The notes below the pieces were generated by a model. That model was not told where the DNA came from, searched no databases, and saw only the letters and a list, made by a program, of their open reading frames with translations. Shown here in pieces: positions 1 to 21,065 of a stretch of DNA of 64,000 bases; positions within the stretch are counted from its first letter, which is position 1, and the number at the start of each line of letters is the position of its first letter. This DNA is from Spizellomyces punctatus DAOM BR117. Its lineage: Eukaryota. The DNA lies in assembly GCA_000182565.2 (NCBI GenBank), contig KQ257453.1; one strand, given 5' to 3'. The position numbers were made by a program, and so were the translations under genes.

Positions 1-7525
<7,525 letters not shown>

Positions 7526-7861
7526 GCAAATGATGTACCTGGATTGGTTGTGAGTGTCTGGTGCTGAGGTAGTCGGGCGAGAGGGAGTTTTACCGTGGGC
7601 TGTATGTTCAAAGTGTAGGGATACTTGAGGGATTTTCTCGTTGTTATATTTGTACAGATGGAATTAAACTTGCTTTGGGCATTGAACATTGTCTTTGATT
7701 TTGACCTTGCATGTGCCCAGTCGTTACGCTTCCTGGCCTGCCATAATTTAATCTTTTGGAGGCTAAAGCTATTTAATAACTAGTTTCTTTATCAATTAGT
7801 ATATGGCCAGGACAATTATGCATTTGTATATCTCGTCATATTCTGTGCAAAGTGACATGAT

Positions 7862-10848
7862 TTAAAATAGGTTTGACACCCACTATTTTAAGGATGAGTG
7901 ATGGTGACTTTTGGCATGTAGAGGAAACGCGAAACCTACCTGGAAAATATTGCTAGGCCCTCTATCGCCCTTGGCCTTCCGCCTGTATTCTTTTTCCTCT
8001 ACATCCTCTTTTCCTCTCTTCTTGGTTTTCTTTGGTTTGATTGTACCGTCTTGCACACCTTCGTCAAAGTCATGTCGAATTGGTGATGGTATTGAAGCAG
8101 ACGTTGCTGTATCGGCATTGAGGGATGTGATAAGGAATGCATACTCGAACGCTAGGTTTTCGAGAAAAGAGTATTGTCCTGATGAACCGCCATGGCCTGC
8201 ATCTTCTATGCGGAGGAGAAGGGAGCGCGGAGTTGGATGTGAAGGAAGGAGTGTGTCATTTGGTGTGCCTCCTGCCATTGTGGCAAGGGTGGGTGCTTTG
8301 CGGAGACCGCTGCCTGTGGGTGTGTCTGTTCCAGAGTCATCTTGCGCGAGAGGGGAAGAACGGACTGGTTTGGATAGGTATCTACGCCTTTCCCCACGCA
8401 TTTTGGCAACGAATTTCAGTGGTTCAAAGAAGGCTACCCTTGGGTCATTCATACCGCCCACGACTAGGAGATGTGGGTATGCGTTTCTGGCTAGGGCTAG
8501 GCCTCGGATGTTGGTGTATGGACAGTAAGTCTTCATCACATCGTAAATTTCACGATCGTTGGGGTTACCCCATTCTTCATATTCGAAGGCTGTCCATGGT
8601 ATCGTTGCATCAAACATGGTGTTGATGACATCAACAAAGGGGACTTCCGTGAGTGCCGCTGCAAAAAGGTCTGGCCGGATGTTGATCGCCGCGCCGATGA
8701 GAAGTCCGCCTGCAGAGCGGCCGTATATGGAAAGTTTAGAAGGAGTGGTATAGCCTTCTTTACAGAGATATTCTGCTGCAGAACAGAAATCTAGGAACGT
8801 GTTTGGCTTTTTGGTGAGCTTCCCTTCTTCGTACCATCCATTGCCCATGTCTGCACCTCCACGGACATGCGCTGCAGCATAAATAAACCCACGATCCAGT
8901 AACGAGAGACGCGATGCCGAAAAGATTGGATTGACAAAGGCACCGTAAGCACCGTACGCGTGAAGAAGACAGGGATTCGGCTGTGATGGAGTCTGGTTAA
9001 GCCCAAGGAGATCCCGGCGATATACAATGGAGATTGGGACGGCAGTGCCATCAACACCAGTTGCAAAGAGACGACGTGAAGTGTACATGGTTTGCTCGTA
9101 ACCGCCGATATGTTCCTCGTAAACCACTGTCATGGTTCGGTCGTCCATGTTGTAGTCTACCACTTGCTTTGGTTGAATGAAAGAAGTATATGTGAAGCGA
9201 AGGACATTCGTATCAAACTGCGACGTCTTTGCTAGAGCTCGTTCTTCCTCCCGAACAGTACCAGGCCACAAAGAGTATACCATCTCCCCAAAGCTGATAT
9301 AATGGTAGGTATTGAAGCCGTCGTACGATAAATCCACAATACGGACATTTTGAAGACAATTCGATCGCTCAAAGACGATTAAATGGTTACGTCGCACTTC
9401 AAAGTGTTCAATGAGAACAAAATCACGATGTTCAATGACAGTTTCCCGGAGTTCCACGAGCTCTTCATATGTTGATGGTGATTTAGAAGGCGTTGAAGGA
9501 ATAGGCATTCGGAAGAGCCAGTTGTTTTTTGAGTCCTCATTCGTTAGGATGTAGAAATACCGGCCGTGGTTTTCGCATGTGTATTGGATATTTTCGCGAC
9601 GTGGGAACAGGAGGGATGGTGGATCGTCTGGCTTTTCGGTCGATATGAATCTAGTTTCAGATGTAATTTGCGCAGATGAATTGAGGAGGATATATTTTCC
9701 GTTGCAGGTTTTTGTCAAAGATAAGAAAAACATCTCGTCTTCTTCGTGGTAGAGAAACTCATCGGTGGTAACATCCGTCCCAAGTTTATGTCGTCTAAGT
9801 TCATATGCTCGCTCGAAATCGTCCAGAACAGTGTAAAATACGCTGTTGTCACACGCAAATTCCAAATCCTCGTATACCCCTTCAATCCGATCATCTAGAA
9901 CTTGTTTCTTGTCCATGTCCATGAAATATGTTGTATAGCGCTCGTTTCCACTGGAATCAATGCCGTACGCAATAAGTTTACAATTGGGAGAGTGCTTTAG
10001 GAATCCTACACGAAAGTACGAAGCGTCTTCGAACTCTTTAGAGTTTGCGATGACGTTTTCGTCCAAGTAAACGTCTTCTTTTCCATCTTTGCTTCGGCAA
10101 TGGAGACGATATTCTTGACCGGCCACCTATTGGAGATTGTCAACATACGTGCCTGCAGGAAGCATCAAACCATGAAACATTTACATGCCTTCCTGGTATA
10201 GTACGTCCATCCGTCCTGTAGCGTGACCGTGGCGGACTGCTCACTTTCATCAATTCTGGACACAAACTCCTTGTATAGAAGTTTCTGTAAAGGCTTTGTG
10301 TCCTCTAGCATCTTTGAAGCATACTCATTCTCGTCTTCGATGTATTTCAGAACATCGGGATTTTCGCGATCCTTAAGCCAAGCATAGTCGTCTTCCCATT
10401 CCTCGCCATGCACATTGACCCATTTCTCCGGTTTACGTTCACATACAGGAGAAGGAGGACGCGGACGTTCAACTGGTTGGTCGTTTGCTTGCAACTCCAT
10501 CAAAAGAGGTTTCAGCTTGCCCCTCCACAATTCCCCGCAGGTCTCTGGTTTATCCAAACAATACTGCTCAAGAAAATGCGTTAGAGCGGGTATTATCTGT
10601 ACGAGATTGCTTGGTTCTTCTTGAATGTATTCATCCAGGGCATTGAGGTCCTCCAAGGGAGGATGTACTGTTGAGTGATGTGGAGATAGGAAGTCGCTAA
10701 TGGAAGTAAGCCGTGGTAAACTCTCCGTTCGTGGTTGCGGGCTCAGAAGAAGCTTTTCTTGAAGCTTCAGAGTACCACGACGCATACCACTAGGACTGGA
10801 TGATAGTGGGCTATCGAGGGGATAATAAGGGTCGGCTGTTTTCGACAT
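7862..10848 (-). CDS. Oligopeptidase B-like S9A serine peptidase (prolyl oligopeptidase family)
   Basis: N-terminal HGEEWEDDYAWLKD, beta-propeller, GRSAGG nucleophile, MNDPRV Asp, AGHGG His, EYEEWGNP. GC-AG intron 10127-10188. Short last exon WVSNLF* at 7862-7882. Confidence 0.92.
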
Positions 10849-11479
10849 GTCTGCTCCCTTTGTGAGCTGTTTTGTTCGTTTTCGTTTTGAGTCTGGGTGC
10901 AGCTAGATAGTTATTGTGAGCGCTTATAATATTGGGGCACTCCCATAAAATCTGTGGTGATGGTACTTTAATGTAGACTCTTTCGCCCGTACGTCCCCGT
11001 TCAATTGGGTCTAGTGGAAAACGTAAATGTGGAGATTGTCGCGGTTGCTTCAAACGCGCTGTGGTGCGTAATCGCCAGCCACGTGCGAGGGCAAACGGAA
11101 CTTGATCGTCTTGCTTTCTATCAAAGGTTTTTTTTTATTCGTTGTTCATTGCGCAGAGTGTTTGAATTCCATCGTTTGCAAAGTGCACGGCATACGGACT
11201 GATGAAAAGCCAAGACTTACTCCTGGTAAATATGGATCTGTCAGAACTTGTTTAGGGCCAGCTCAAGCGCTCAAACTCTTGAGCGCAATGAACAAAGTAA
11301 GTTTATCCTCCCCAACTTTTAGACGTAAACCTTTGAGTTCAGCGCTGGCGAACATGCATCGTTGACCTATATCGCAAGGCTGCCTGCGATATGCTGCTGG
11401 CAGTTGTTGAAACCCCATCGAATGAATATAAACAAATGACAATGCATTCCAATGCGAATCACGTGATGGTGGCAGAGCG

Positions 11480-11999
11480 ATGACAAAGAGGGGGAGGAAA
11501 GCAGCCACGAAGGAAAAGTCCATTCTAGCGAAATACTCATCACTCGCCTGTGACTTGGAAACGAAAGCACCCAACAGAAAAAAGTCCTTTGCGTCAAAGC
11601 AAACCCCGCTAAGGGAACGCACACCCAACGTCCTCTCCCAGCAACATCCGCTACGCCCTCGGACAACGTTTGACGACTGTCATGAAGACTCCAGCAGCCC
11701 CGTTCGTATACATTAACAACGCCCCCTACCCTCTCAACCCAAAGACCAACAGACCTCATGTTGGTCCCAACGTCTACATCCTGAACGAAAAAGGAACGCC
11801 AACACTAGGCCCTCTCAAACATGGCGAACGCTATAAAATGGTGGGCATGTGGGAGATTGGAAACGTGGATGAGAATAGCAAACTTGCCATGAAGGCTGAG
11901 AGGGAGAGGTGGTTTCAAAAAGAGTTTGGAAAGTCGGCGGATATGAAGAGCGCCGGAAATTTTAGTTCTTGTTTATGGCTTGGTATGGGAACTAGCTGA
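11480..11999 (+). CDS. Small hypothetical protein, structure unresolved (two overlapping ORFs)
   Basis: Lys/Arg-rich ORF 11480-11716 and overlapping ORF 11670-11999 look protein-like, but I could not join them by a convincing intron or recognise a family. Confidence 0.3.
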
Positions 12000-12062
12000 A
12001 TTGTATTTGTTATAGTCTGTAGTCGCCTCTGTACATAATCTTTTAAATACCCATCTTGACAT

Positions 12063-13154
<1,092 letters not shown>

Positions 13155-13606
13155 GATGAGCCAGGTGCACGATCGTCGTTGAGCGTTGACTTGCCCATCA
13201 ACTCCGACCTTTGTCCGAAATCTGGTTACCGTAAACCAGGGACTGCGGTGTGGAAGGACTCCTTCCGAAGGAGTTCAGGGTTTGGATATCACCGTTTTTG
13301 GTCAGCCGTGCTTAGCTCACATAAACCATACGGTCTTCCTTTGCCATTCAACATGAATTCTGAAGCGCTGAATTACAGTATTTTTAACATGATCTTTGGG
13401 ATATCAAAAACGGTAAAGATCTTGGTGGATCTCTGCAATATATCGTTGAAAAAAGATGATATGTTTACTTTGCTTGGGCTCAACTTCCAAGAACGCATCA
13501 CGTGCTTGCATTGGTGAAATGAGTCATCGATTACCATACCAACGAGTTCGGTCAAGCTACTGTTGATCTTGCTGGAGGGAACATTGTCATTCAGGAACTG
13601 CAACAA

Positions 13607-15512
13607 ATGTCTCTCCGGGAGGCCTATACAACCCTCTTCTTGTCCATCCTTGACAAGGACGGGGAAATCAAGGACACAGCTGACTTGAAGCATGAGGGGA
13701 AATCTGTTGATCAGGAAACCGTTATCGGTGTGCTGAAGAGTTTGGAGAGTCGCGAGGTAGGCAAAACAAAACCTTTGCATTTGTCTAGAATTGCATATTG
13801 ACACAATAGTACATAGGTCATCAAATACGAGACCATTTCTCGCGAACAACTAGTGCTTACAGAAGAGGGAGCGGACATTGCTGACAATGGAAGTTACGAA
13901 GCCCGAGTCTTTTATGCTGTGCCAGAAGGAGAAGAGAACGGAATCTCTGTAGCCGATTTGAAAAGTAAACTTGGGCAAGCTGCCCAGTTTGGACAGGGGC
14001 GGGCTATAAAGAACAAGTGGATCAAAAAGAGTGCCAATGGTGGCTTTACGAGAGCGGTGGGTTTTAACTACTGCGATGGAGTTGTAAGAGAACGGTTGCT
14101 GATCTACACAATGTTTTCATAGGTCGAGTCCATTGTGGATGAATCGCAGAATCTTTTGCGAGACATCAGGGAAAAGGGGGCATATCATGATGAGAAAGTG
14201 GTAAAGGATCTAAAAAAGCAAAAACACATCTCAGCATCGTGAGTTTGTCGTAATGCTCCTATTTATGCGTGAGGGGAGTGGAATACTTGATATATGACGA
14301 ATCTGATTTTAGAAAGGTTACCTCTTACCGGGTGGTCAAGGGAGACAAGTTTACTACCCAGATTGTCAAGGAAGAGACGGATATTACAGAGGAAATGCTG
14401 AAGAGGTATAGTATCCAAAGCTTTTATTTTCTTCGTAAAAATGTGCAATTGCTAATGTTAGCGGCTTAAGTGGGGAATGGAAAACAGCTACTTTCAAAAA
14501 ATACAACTTCAACGCAGCAGGTGTGCAACCCCGATCAGGAGCGCTGCACCCGCTCATGAAAGTTCGGGAAGAATACCGCCAAATTTTCCTGGAACTCGGT
14601 TTCTCTGAGATGCCTACTGCCCAATACGTTGAATCATCCTTCTGGAACTTTGATGCTCTCTTCCAACCCCAGCAACATCCCGCGCGTGATGCTCACGACA
14701 CCTTCTTTCTTTCCGACCCTGCGACGAGCGACCGGATGCCCATGGACTACGTGGAGCGTGTAAAGCAAGTTCACTCTGTTGGTGGATATGGATCGATTGG
14801 TTACGGCTACGATTGGAAGATTGCTGAAGCTGAGAAACTTGTTTTGAGAACACATACGACAGCAGTTTCTTCAAACATGCTCTACAAGCTCGCAAAAGAG
14901 TTTCAAGAGACGGGAGAGTGGAAGCCTGTCAAGTGGTTCTCTATCGACAAGGTGTTCCGGAACGAGACTCTTGATGCTACCCACTTGGCAGAATTTCATC
15001 AAATTGAGGGTGTCGTTGCAGATCGGGGATTGACGCTGGGAGATTTGATTGGCACATTGCACGGTTTCTTCAAGAAACTTGGTAAGATTCGTTTTACTTG
15101 CCTGTTGATAATAATCCCTCGCAAACCAACTGTTTGCCGATAGGAATTCAAAAGCTCCGCTTCAAGCCTGCCTACAACCCCTACACCGAGCCTAGTATGG
15201 AAATTTTTGCTTGGCATGATGGACTCAACAAGTGGGTCGAAATTGGAAACAGTGGCATGTTCCGACCCGAGATGCTTTTGCCCATGGGTCTTCCCGAGGA
15301 TGTTGCGGTGATTGCATGGGGACTGTCAACGGAAAGACCTACCATGATCAAGTACGGATATAACAACATCCGGGATTTGGTGGGACACAAATGCCGTTTA
15401 GATATGGTGAATCGGAATCCGATTGCGAGGTGAGTACGATTGTCCTGTCAAGTCTGTCGTGCACAATGATTGAGTATCTCTTGTTGGCTTTTTTGATAGG
15501 GTTGATAAATGA
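13607..15512 (+). CDS. FRS2: Cytoplasmic phenylalanyl-tRNA synthetase alpha subunit
   Basis: [72 protein letters not shown]. Several GT-AG introns; last exon RVDK* at 15500-15512. Confidence 0.96.
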
Positions 15513-15605
15513 TTTAATATAGTGTAGAGGGGCATACTCAAAGATTTGATAGAGAGCCATCTGTACAAAATCAAAAACTCTCCTGTCATAAACTACATAT
15601 AACCA

Positions 15606-16108
15606 CTACCAAACTCCCACATCTCGACATAATTGTATAACCTCCTCAAACACCTGTCTGTCTACTTGTTCAACATCAACATCCTCATCCCTTCGTGACT
15701 TTTTCAGAGCAAGACCAAGCAACAATGGCCTGGTATCATTGGGTCGGGTTGCGTGAATTTGGGAAAGAATGTGGGTTGCGTACACATGCGAAAGAGGATC
15801 CTGTGGAGGGCCTAGGAGAGCTTTGGTGCTTATAGTTGGGTTAGGCGTTGGATGTGGAGTAACGTCGAGTGTCGCTTCGAGCTAAATGATATGCAAGTAG
15901 GTGTTGGCAAGGCGCTGGTGGAGACGACAAGAGAAGTAAGACGTACCAAAGAGCCGATTTTGCCGTACTCTGAGATTGTTACAAAGTGTCGGTTTGCAAA
16001 TTCCGTGTACAGAATTTGGAGGTTGGAGGTTGTAGACTTTTTATGGGCAGTTTTTATAGGGAAAGTGTTTGAGACGTCGGGCGAATCGCCCAATGCTGGG
16101 ACTGTCAT
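15606..16108 (-). CDS. Proteasome assembly chaperone 3 (PAC3/PSMG3)-like
   Basis: Exon 1 ...FANRHFVTISEYGKIGSL, then an intron, then ...TKALLG...HVYATHI...RPLLLGLALKK...VFEEVIQLCRDVGVW*, matching the PAC3 motif pattern. Confidence 0.75.
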
Positions 16109-16457
16109 GGTTCGTTTACAGCGATGATCTCTGCACAAGTTTGCTGGCCGACGAGTCACGGGCATAGCCGTCTAGCTGCTTACATCAGCAATTACATAAG
16201 TTCGTCGATCATGGATTTTTGCCACGCGCGTGGGCTCTCCAGGGATGCGAATATAAAAGATATGACATGAACGATAATTGTTCATATTTCCGAAAAAGGA
16301 TAAAGAGCATTGGAGTTTTCCCACACACAAGAGATGCTTTTGAGACTGTCGCCATCTCGTTCACGGCGTTTTTGCTACGACAAATGAATTGGTGGTTAGT
16401 CGAAGGAATTCTTTTCTTCATACGGGCCATCGTAGGAACTGCACTCGGCGGATGGTT

Positions 16458-16900
16458 CATCGCCATGACGTCTGGGAAGTGCTGCGAGACTGGGCTGCCT
16501 TTGATGTTTGGATGTCCCTCGAGACTCATCCAAACTGTCTTGCTACCTCCCTTTGTCCGAATGGTGGTTGTCAGATTTCTTTGTTCACACGGGCCATCGT
16601 GCGGACTATACTCGCTTGATCTTCCATTGCCATAATGCTTGGGGAAATGCTTTCAGGCCCCTCTGCCTTTGATTGTCGGATCTCCCTTGAGACCTCATCC
16701 AAACAGTCTTGCTACCTCCCTTTGTCCGAATGGTGGTTGTCAGAATTCTTGCTTCTCACGGGCCACCGGACGCTAATCGGTTGATTGTCCATCGCCATGA
16801 CGCCTGGGGAATGCTTTCAAGCTCCGTTGCCTTTGACTGTCAGATTATCCTCCAGACACATCCAAACTGTCTTCCTACCTCCATTATCCGAATGTTCCCA
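16458..16900 (+). repeat. Three degenerate ~165-bp tandem copies, possibly a decayed coding repeat
   Basis: The motif catcgccatgacg...gcctttga...catccaaac.gtctt.ctacctcc recurs at ~16458, ~16625 and ~16789. Confidence 0.75.
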
Positions 16901-17669
16901 CGCGCAATACGTCCTCGTAGGATATCGACGAGGACAAAAGTCGCGACGACACTAACTTGGGCGCGCGCAACTCTACCCACAGATGCAACTCGTTCATACT
17001 GCTTCCAACAAGACGCTGTAAAATACACTTTATGACGGGGCCAAGCGCATTTTCACAGACCAAGACTACGATCATATTTCAGAAAATACAACCAGCTTTC
17101 CTACAATACTAGCTCTACTGCTTATACACGTACAATCCGTCTTCTTGCTAACGTCCTACACAAACTCCTTCCCTTCCACGTCCCCCAACGCGTTATCACC
17201 CACTAAAACAAAACCCTTCAACTACTACCGAGGATATGGAAATTGAATTATTAAGAAGACGCATACGGTGCTCACCCACCCCAAACCACACTAGCGACAA
17301 GAGCCCAAGCGGCAGCCCAAAAGCAGACTCAAAGAGCGCTAACAGGCCTTCTCGTTGAGTCCACGTGACATACACACTGCGAAATCGTCGCGTCTTTGGC
17401 AAGTAGGTGGTTGGGGAGAGCGTAGGAAGGTAGACACAAGACCGTGTTATGCGTGTAGGCGTGCTGAAAAACGGCGTTTTTTTTGGCTGTTGCTGTTGCT
17501 TGTCAGGGTTGCAGCGTTTCCAGCTTCCTGACACCGGTTTGGGTGTTTTTGCACAGAGAACAGGTCGAGGTTTTGTGGTTGGGTGGGCGTGGGAAAATCG
17601 GGTTGAGGTGTGCTTTTTGTGAGCAAGAGTGTCGCTTTCGCTGTTTTTCTGTCGTTGTTGGTTGTCTTG

Positions 17670-17693
17670 GTCGTCGTCGTCGTCGTCGTCGTC
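17670..17693. repeat. (GTC)n microsatellite
   Basis: Run of about 8 gtc units. Confidence 0.8.
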
Positions 17694-18263
17694 CTTGAAA
17701 GAGTCCAAAGACATGACTACTCAATGCTGGCCACTCGTTTTTTTGCGGGGGGAATTTCGTACCCCGTCTCTCCCCATCTTTTTCAGCCCAATATCCATTC
17801 TATCGATGAGATTTCACTGCAGCCAATGATTTTCGCCCGATATCCCCCTTGGGCCCTTGGTTCTGTCGTCGTCAGCCATTGCACGCATTTCCTTTTTTGG
17901 CAGGCGGATAGGTAGTGTAATCAGATACACGTCGCGTTCGGACGCGACCGTTCCAAGTTGCTTTAACGCCGTTTTCCGTACAGTTTTGACTAGGAAACCC
18001 ATCCTCGCAAGTAAGAGAATGATAGAACCGACGACGGCGGTTCGAAAGAGTGTGGGGTCATCTTAGTGGATTTCGCCTGTAGGACTCGGAAAATCCGTGT
18101 AAAGTCTCGCGTTGCGGTCGTGCTGCGCGCAACTGAAAGCGCGCCCTTCGTGGCCAGGGGAAGTCTTCGGCGTCGTTTATTGCACGTACATGACCTGGCC
18201 CGTGACGTGCTCTTTTTTCTTTTCAGAACGTGCCACGGAAAAAAAAAATGGGGCGCTCTCGTC

Positions 18264-18270
18264 TATAAAA
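18264..18270 (+). promoter_or_regulatory. Candidate TATA box upstream of the repeat-rich, intron-bearing unit
   Basis: TATAAAA in a GC-rich context followed by a pyrimidine-rich tract. Function is inferred only. Confidence 0.35.
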
Positions 18271-18729
18271 AGGGCCCTCTCTCGCATCTCCCCCAACCTC
18301 TTCGTGCACTGGTTTCCAGTATTGGAGTATTTTCAGTAAGGTCTCGACTGAGCTGAAGTTTCCTCTAGTTATGTGTGTGGTGGTTCTTCCCCTTCCTTTT
18401 TCACGGCGTCCGGGCCCTGCGACCACATTAGATGGTCCCTCCGCTACGGTAGACGTGGGGAACGTTGGGGGAGGGCAGGTGGATAAGTGGAAACACCATG
18501 TCCTTCCTGTCCTCGCACTTTACTTTGGCACCAGCGCTCCCAGCGTGACAACCAGATGTCGAGTGTATGCCTTCCTGTCTTCCTTCCTTTCTTCCTTTGT
18601 TCTTTTCGAGGTTCTTACTAGTCTTTTATCATTTGCGGGTGTTCGAGAGGTTGACCGGGACTGATCACTGCGAGTGGTGGCGGCAGTGACACGGCTTCGG
18701 CCGTCCTTCGGGAGGACCCGGCCGAGATG

Positions 18730-20900
18730 AAGGGACGCTACGTAGGGTCACGAACGAAGTGAGTATTGTTGTCGTCTTTTCCTTTTCTATTCGAATCTGA
18801 TCATCTTTTCTATCATCGAGGGTTCTCAAAACCCCCCGGCCCGATAGATGAAGTAAGTATACGCATCATCTTCTTTGGTCTGCATCCGAGTTCTAACTTC
18901 AATCACACTCTCTCACTCCACAAGTGCGAAGCGACCACGGCGACCTCGGCCTTTCCTTTTTCATCATCGACCATCGGCACCTCGACCTTCATCATCATCG
19001 ACCATCGGCATCTCGACGTTCACTTCAATCATCATCATCATCGACCATCGGCAACTCGACCTCGACTCTCCACCGCGACCGGCATGTTGGTCCACGTCGT
19101 CAAAGAAGTGAAACGGCCCGTAGGTTCCACGACACGGCCCGGCCTGTTGGTCCATGTCGTCAAGCAAGTTGAGAAAAGGACTCGGCTAGTTGGTCCGCGC
19201 CGTCAAAGAAGAACTGAAATGGCTCGGTTGGCCGCGTTACGGCTCGGCGCGGGTGGCCTGGTAATGCGTGTCGTCAAAGAAGTAAAGTGCAGGGTGGCTC
19301 CAGGCTGAGGTGAGTTGGCGAGCATTCGACTTTTGCTTCTACTCTTCCCATGCTTCACCCTCTTTGCCTTTCAGTCCTCGATCACGATCTCTCACTCCAC
19401 ACAAGTGCGAAGCGGCCACGGCGACTTCGACGTTCACTCCACAGAAGCAGGGGACGCAACGTAGAGTCACGAACAAAGTGAGTACCGTTGTCGTTTTGTT
19501 CCTTCTCTATTCGAGTCTAATCATGTTTTCTCATAAAGACCCCCGACCCCGGCCATTAGAGAGGCTGCTGACGAGCCGACTCGTACCGAGCCCAACGCGC
19601 TAGGCGGAGGCGCTGAAGGGTTGCGGATAAAGTAAGTATATGCATCATCTTCTTTGGTCTGCATCCGAGTTCTAACTTCAATCACACTCTCTCACTCCAC
19701 AAGTGCGAAGCGACCACGGCGACCTCGACCTCACGAGTGCGAAGCGAAGACCCGAGCACACTAGAGAGGCTGCTGACGAGCCGACTCGTACCGAGCCCAA
19801 CGCGCTAGGCGGAGGCGCTGAAGGGTTGCGGATGAAGTAAGTATATGCATCGTCTTCTTTGGTCTGCATCCGAGTTCTAACTTCAATCAAACTCTCTCAG
19901 TCCACAAGTGCGAAGCGACCACGGCGACCTCGACCTCACGAGTGCGAAGCGAAGACCCGAGCACACTAGAGAGGCTGCTGACGAGCCGACTCGTACCGAG
20001 CCCAACGCGCTAGGCGGAGGCGCTGAAGGGTTGCGGATGAAGTAAGTATATGCATCGTCTTCTTTGGTCTGCATCCGAGTTCTAACTTCAATCAAACTCT
20101 CTCAGTCCACAAGTGCGAAGCGACCACGGCGACCTCGGCCTTTCCTTTTTCATCATCGACCAGTTCGGCTCCTCGACCTTCTTCACCATCAACCTACCTT
20201 GGGCTCCTCGACGTCCGCTTCCACCGACCGGCGTTGGTCCATGTCGTCAAAGAAGTAAAAGGCTCGTAGGAACGCGTTATGGCCCGTGGTTCCCGACGTT
20301 ACTGCCCGGCGGATGGCCCGTCGTCAAACAAGTCAACAGCCCGGCGCGGTGGGCCTGGTAATGCGTGTCGTCAAACAAGTAAAGTGCAGGGTGGCACCAG
20401 GCTAGCCTGAGGCGAGTTGGCGAGCATTCGACGTTTGCTTCTACTCTTCCCATGCTTCACCCTCTTTGCCTTTCAGGCATCGATCACAGCCTTTCATGAA
20501 CTCCACAAGTGCGAAGCGGCCACGGCGATCTCGGCGATCTCGACCTTACAAGTGCGAAGCGAACCCCCGGCTCACTAGAGAGGCTGCTGACGACCGGCGT
20601 CGGACGTCGGCTCGTACCGAGCCCAACGCGCTAGGCGGAGGCGCTGGAGGTTGGCGGATGAAGTAAGTCCTATATGCATCATCTTCTTTGGTCTGCAACC
20701 GAGTCTAACATTTTTCTCTTTCTCTTCCTTCCCCGCCTTTGCCTCTCGTTCTCCTCGCCCATTGCCATCGTCATCGTTCGACTTTTACATCTACCCTTCC
20801 GGTGCTTCACCCTCTTCGCCTTTCAAGTGCAACGCGACCACGGCGATCTCGACTTCATCATCATCGACCATCGGCACCTCGACGTCCCACTTCATCATGA
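18730..20900 (+). repeat. Mosaic of internally duplicated segments, each carrying spliceosomal-intron-like signals
   Basis: Duplicated blocks (18730~19449, 19255~20352, 18850~19630~19835~20040~20660) with GTRAGT donors, CTAAC branch points and AG acceptors. Confidence 0.8.
19557..20137 (+). repeat. Near-perfect 205-bp tandem repeat, ~2.8 copies
   Basis: Unit starts (tagagaggctgctgacgag) at 19557, 19762 and 19967, with only a few substitutions between copies. Confidence 0.95.
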
Positions 20901-21065
20901 TCCACCACGATTTATGTATCACCAAGACGAGCATCAAGTCCCTCCGCGAATATCAAGTTCCCACGCAAGCGTCAAGTCGCTTCAGTCATGTCAGGAAAGT
21001 ATCTGCCGTCATGTTGTTACCCGTCGCTGTATACCTGTACTGACGTGAAATATCTCCCATTCGGT

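Noticed and set aside
7911-8625. Plus-strand ORFs overlapping the peptidase
   Set aside because: Antisense shadows with no independent coding signal.
16950-16970. CACTA transposon terminus
   Set aside because: No matching inverted terminus found; the similar sequence at ~21952 is in direct orientation and short.
17196-17714. 172-aa minus-strand ORF with poly-Asp
   Set aside because: Driven by a GTC microsatellite and low complexity; no recognisable domain.
19566-19620. Hammerhead ribozyme (CTGACGA) in the 205-bp repeat and near 20587
   Set aside because: No GAAA follows a stem II, and no stems I/III with an NUH site could be built.
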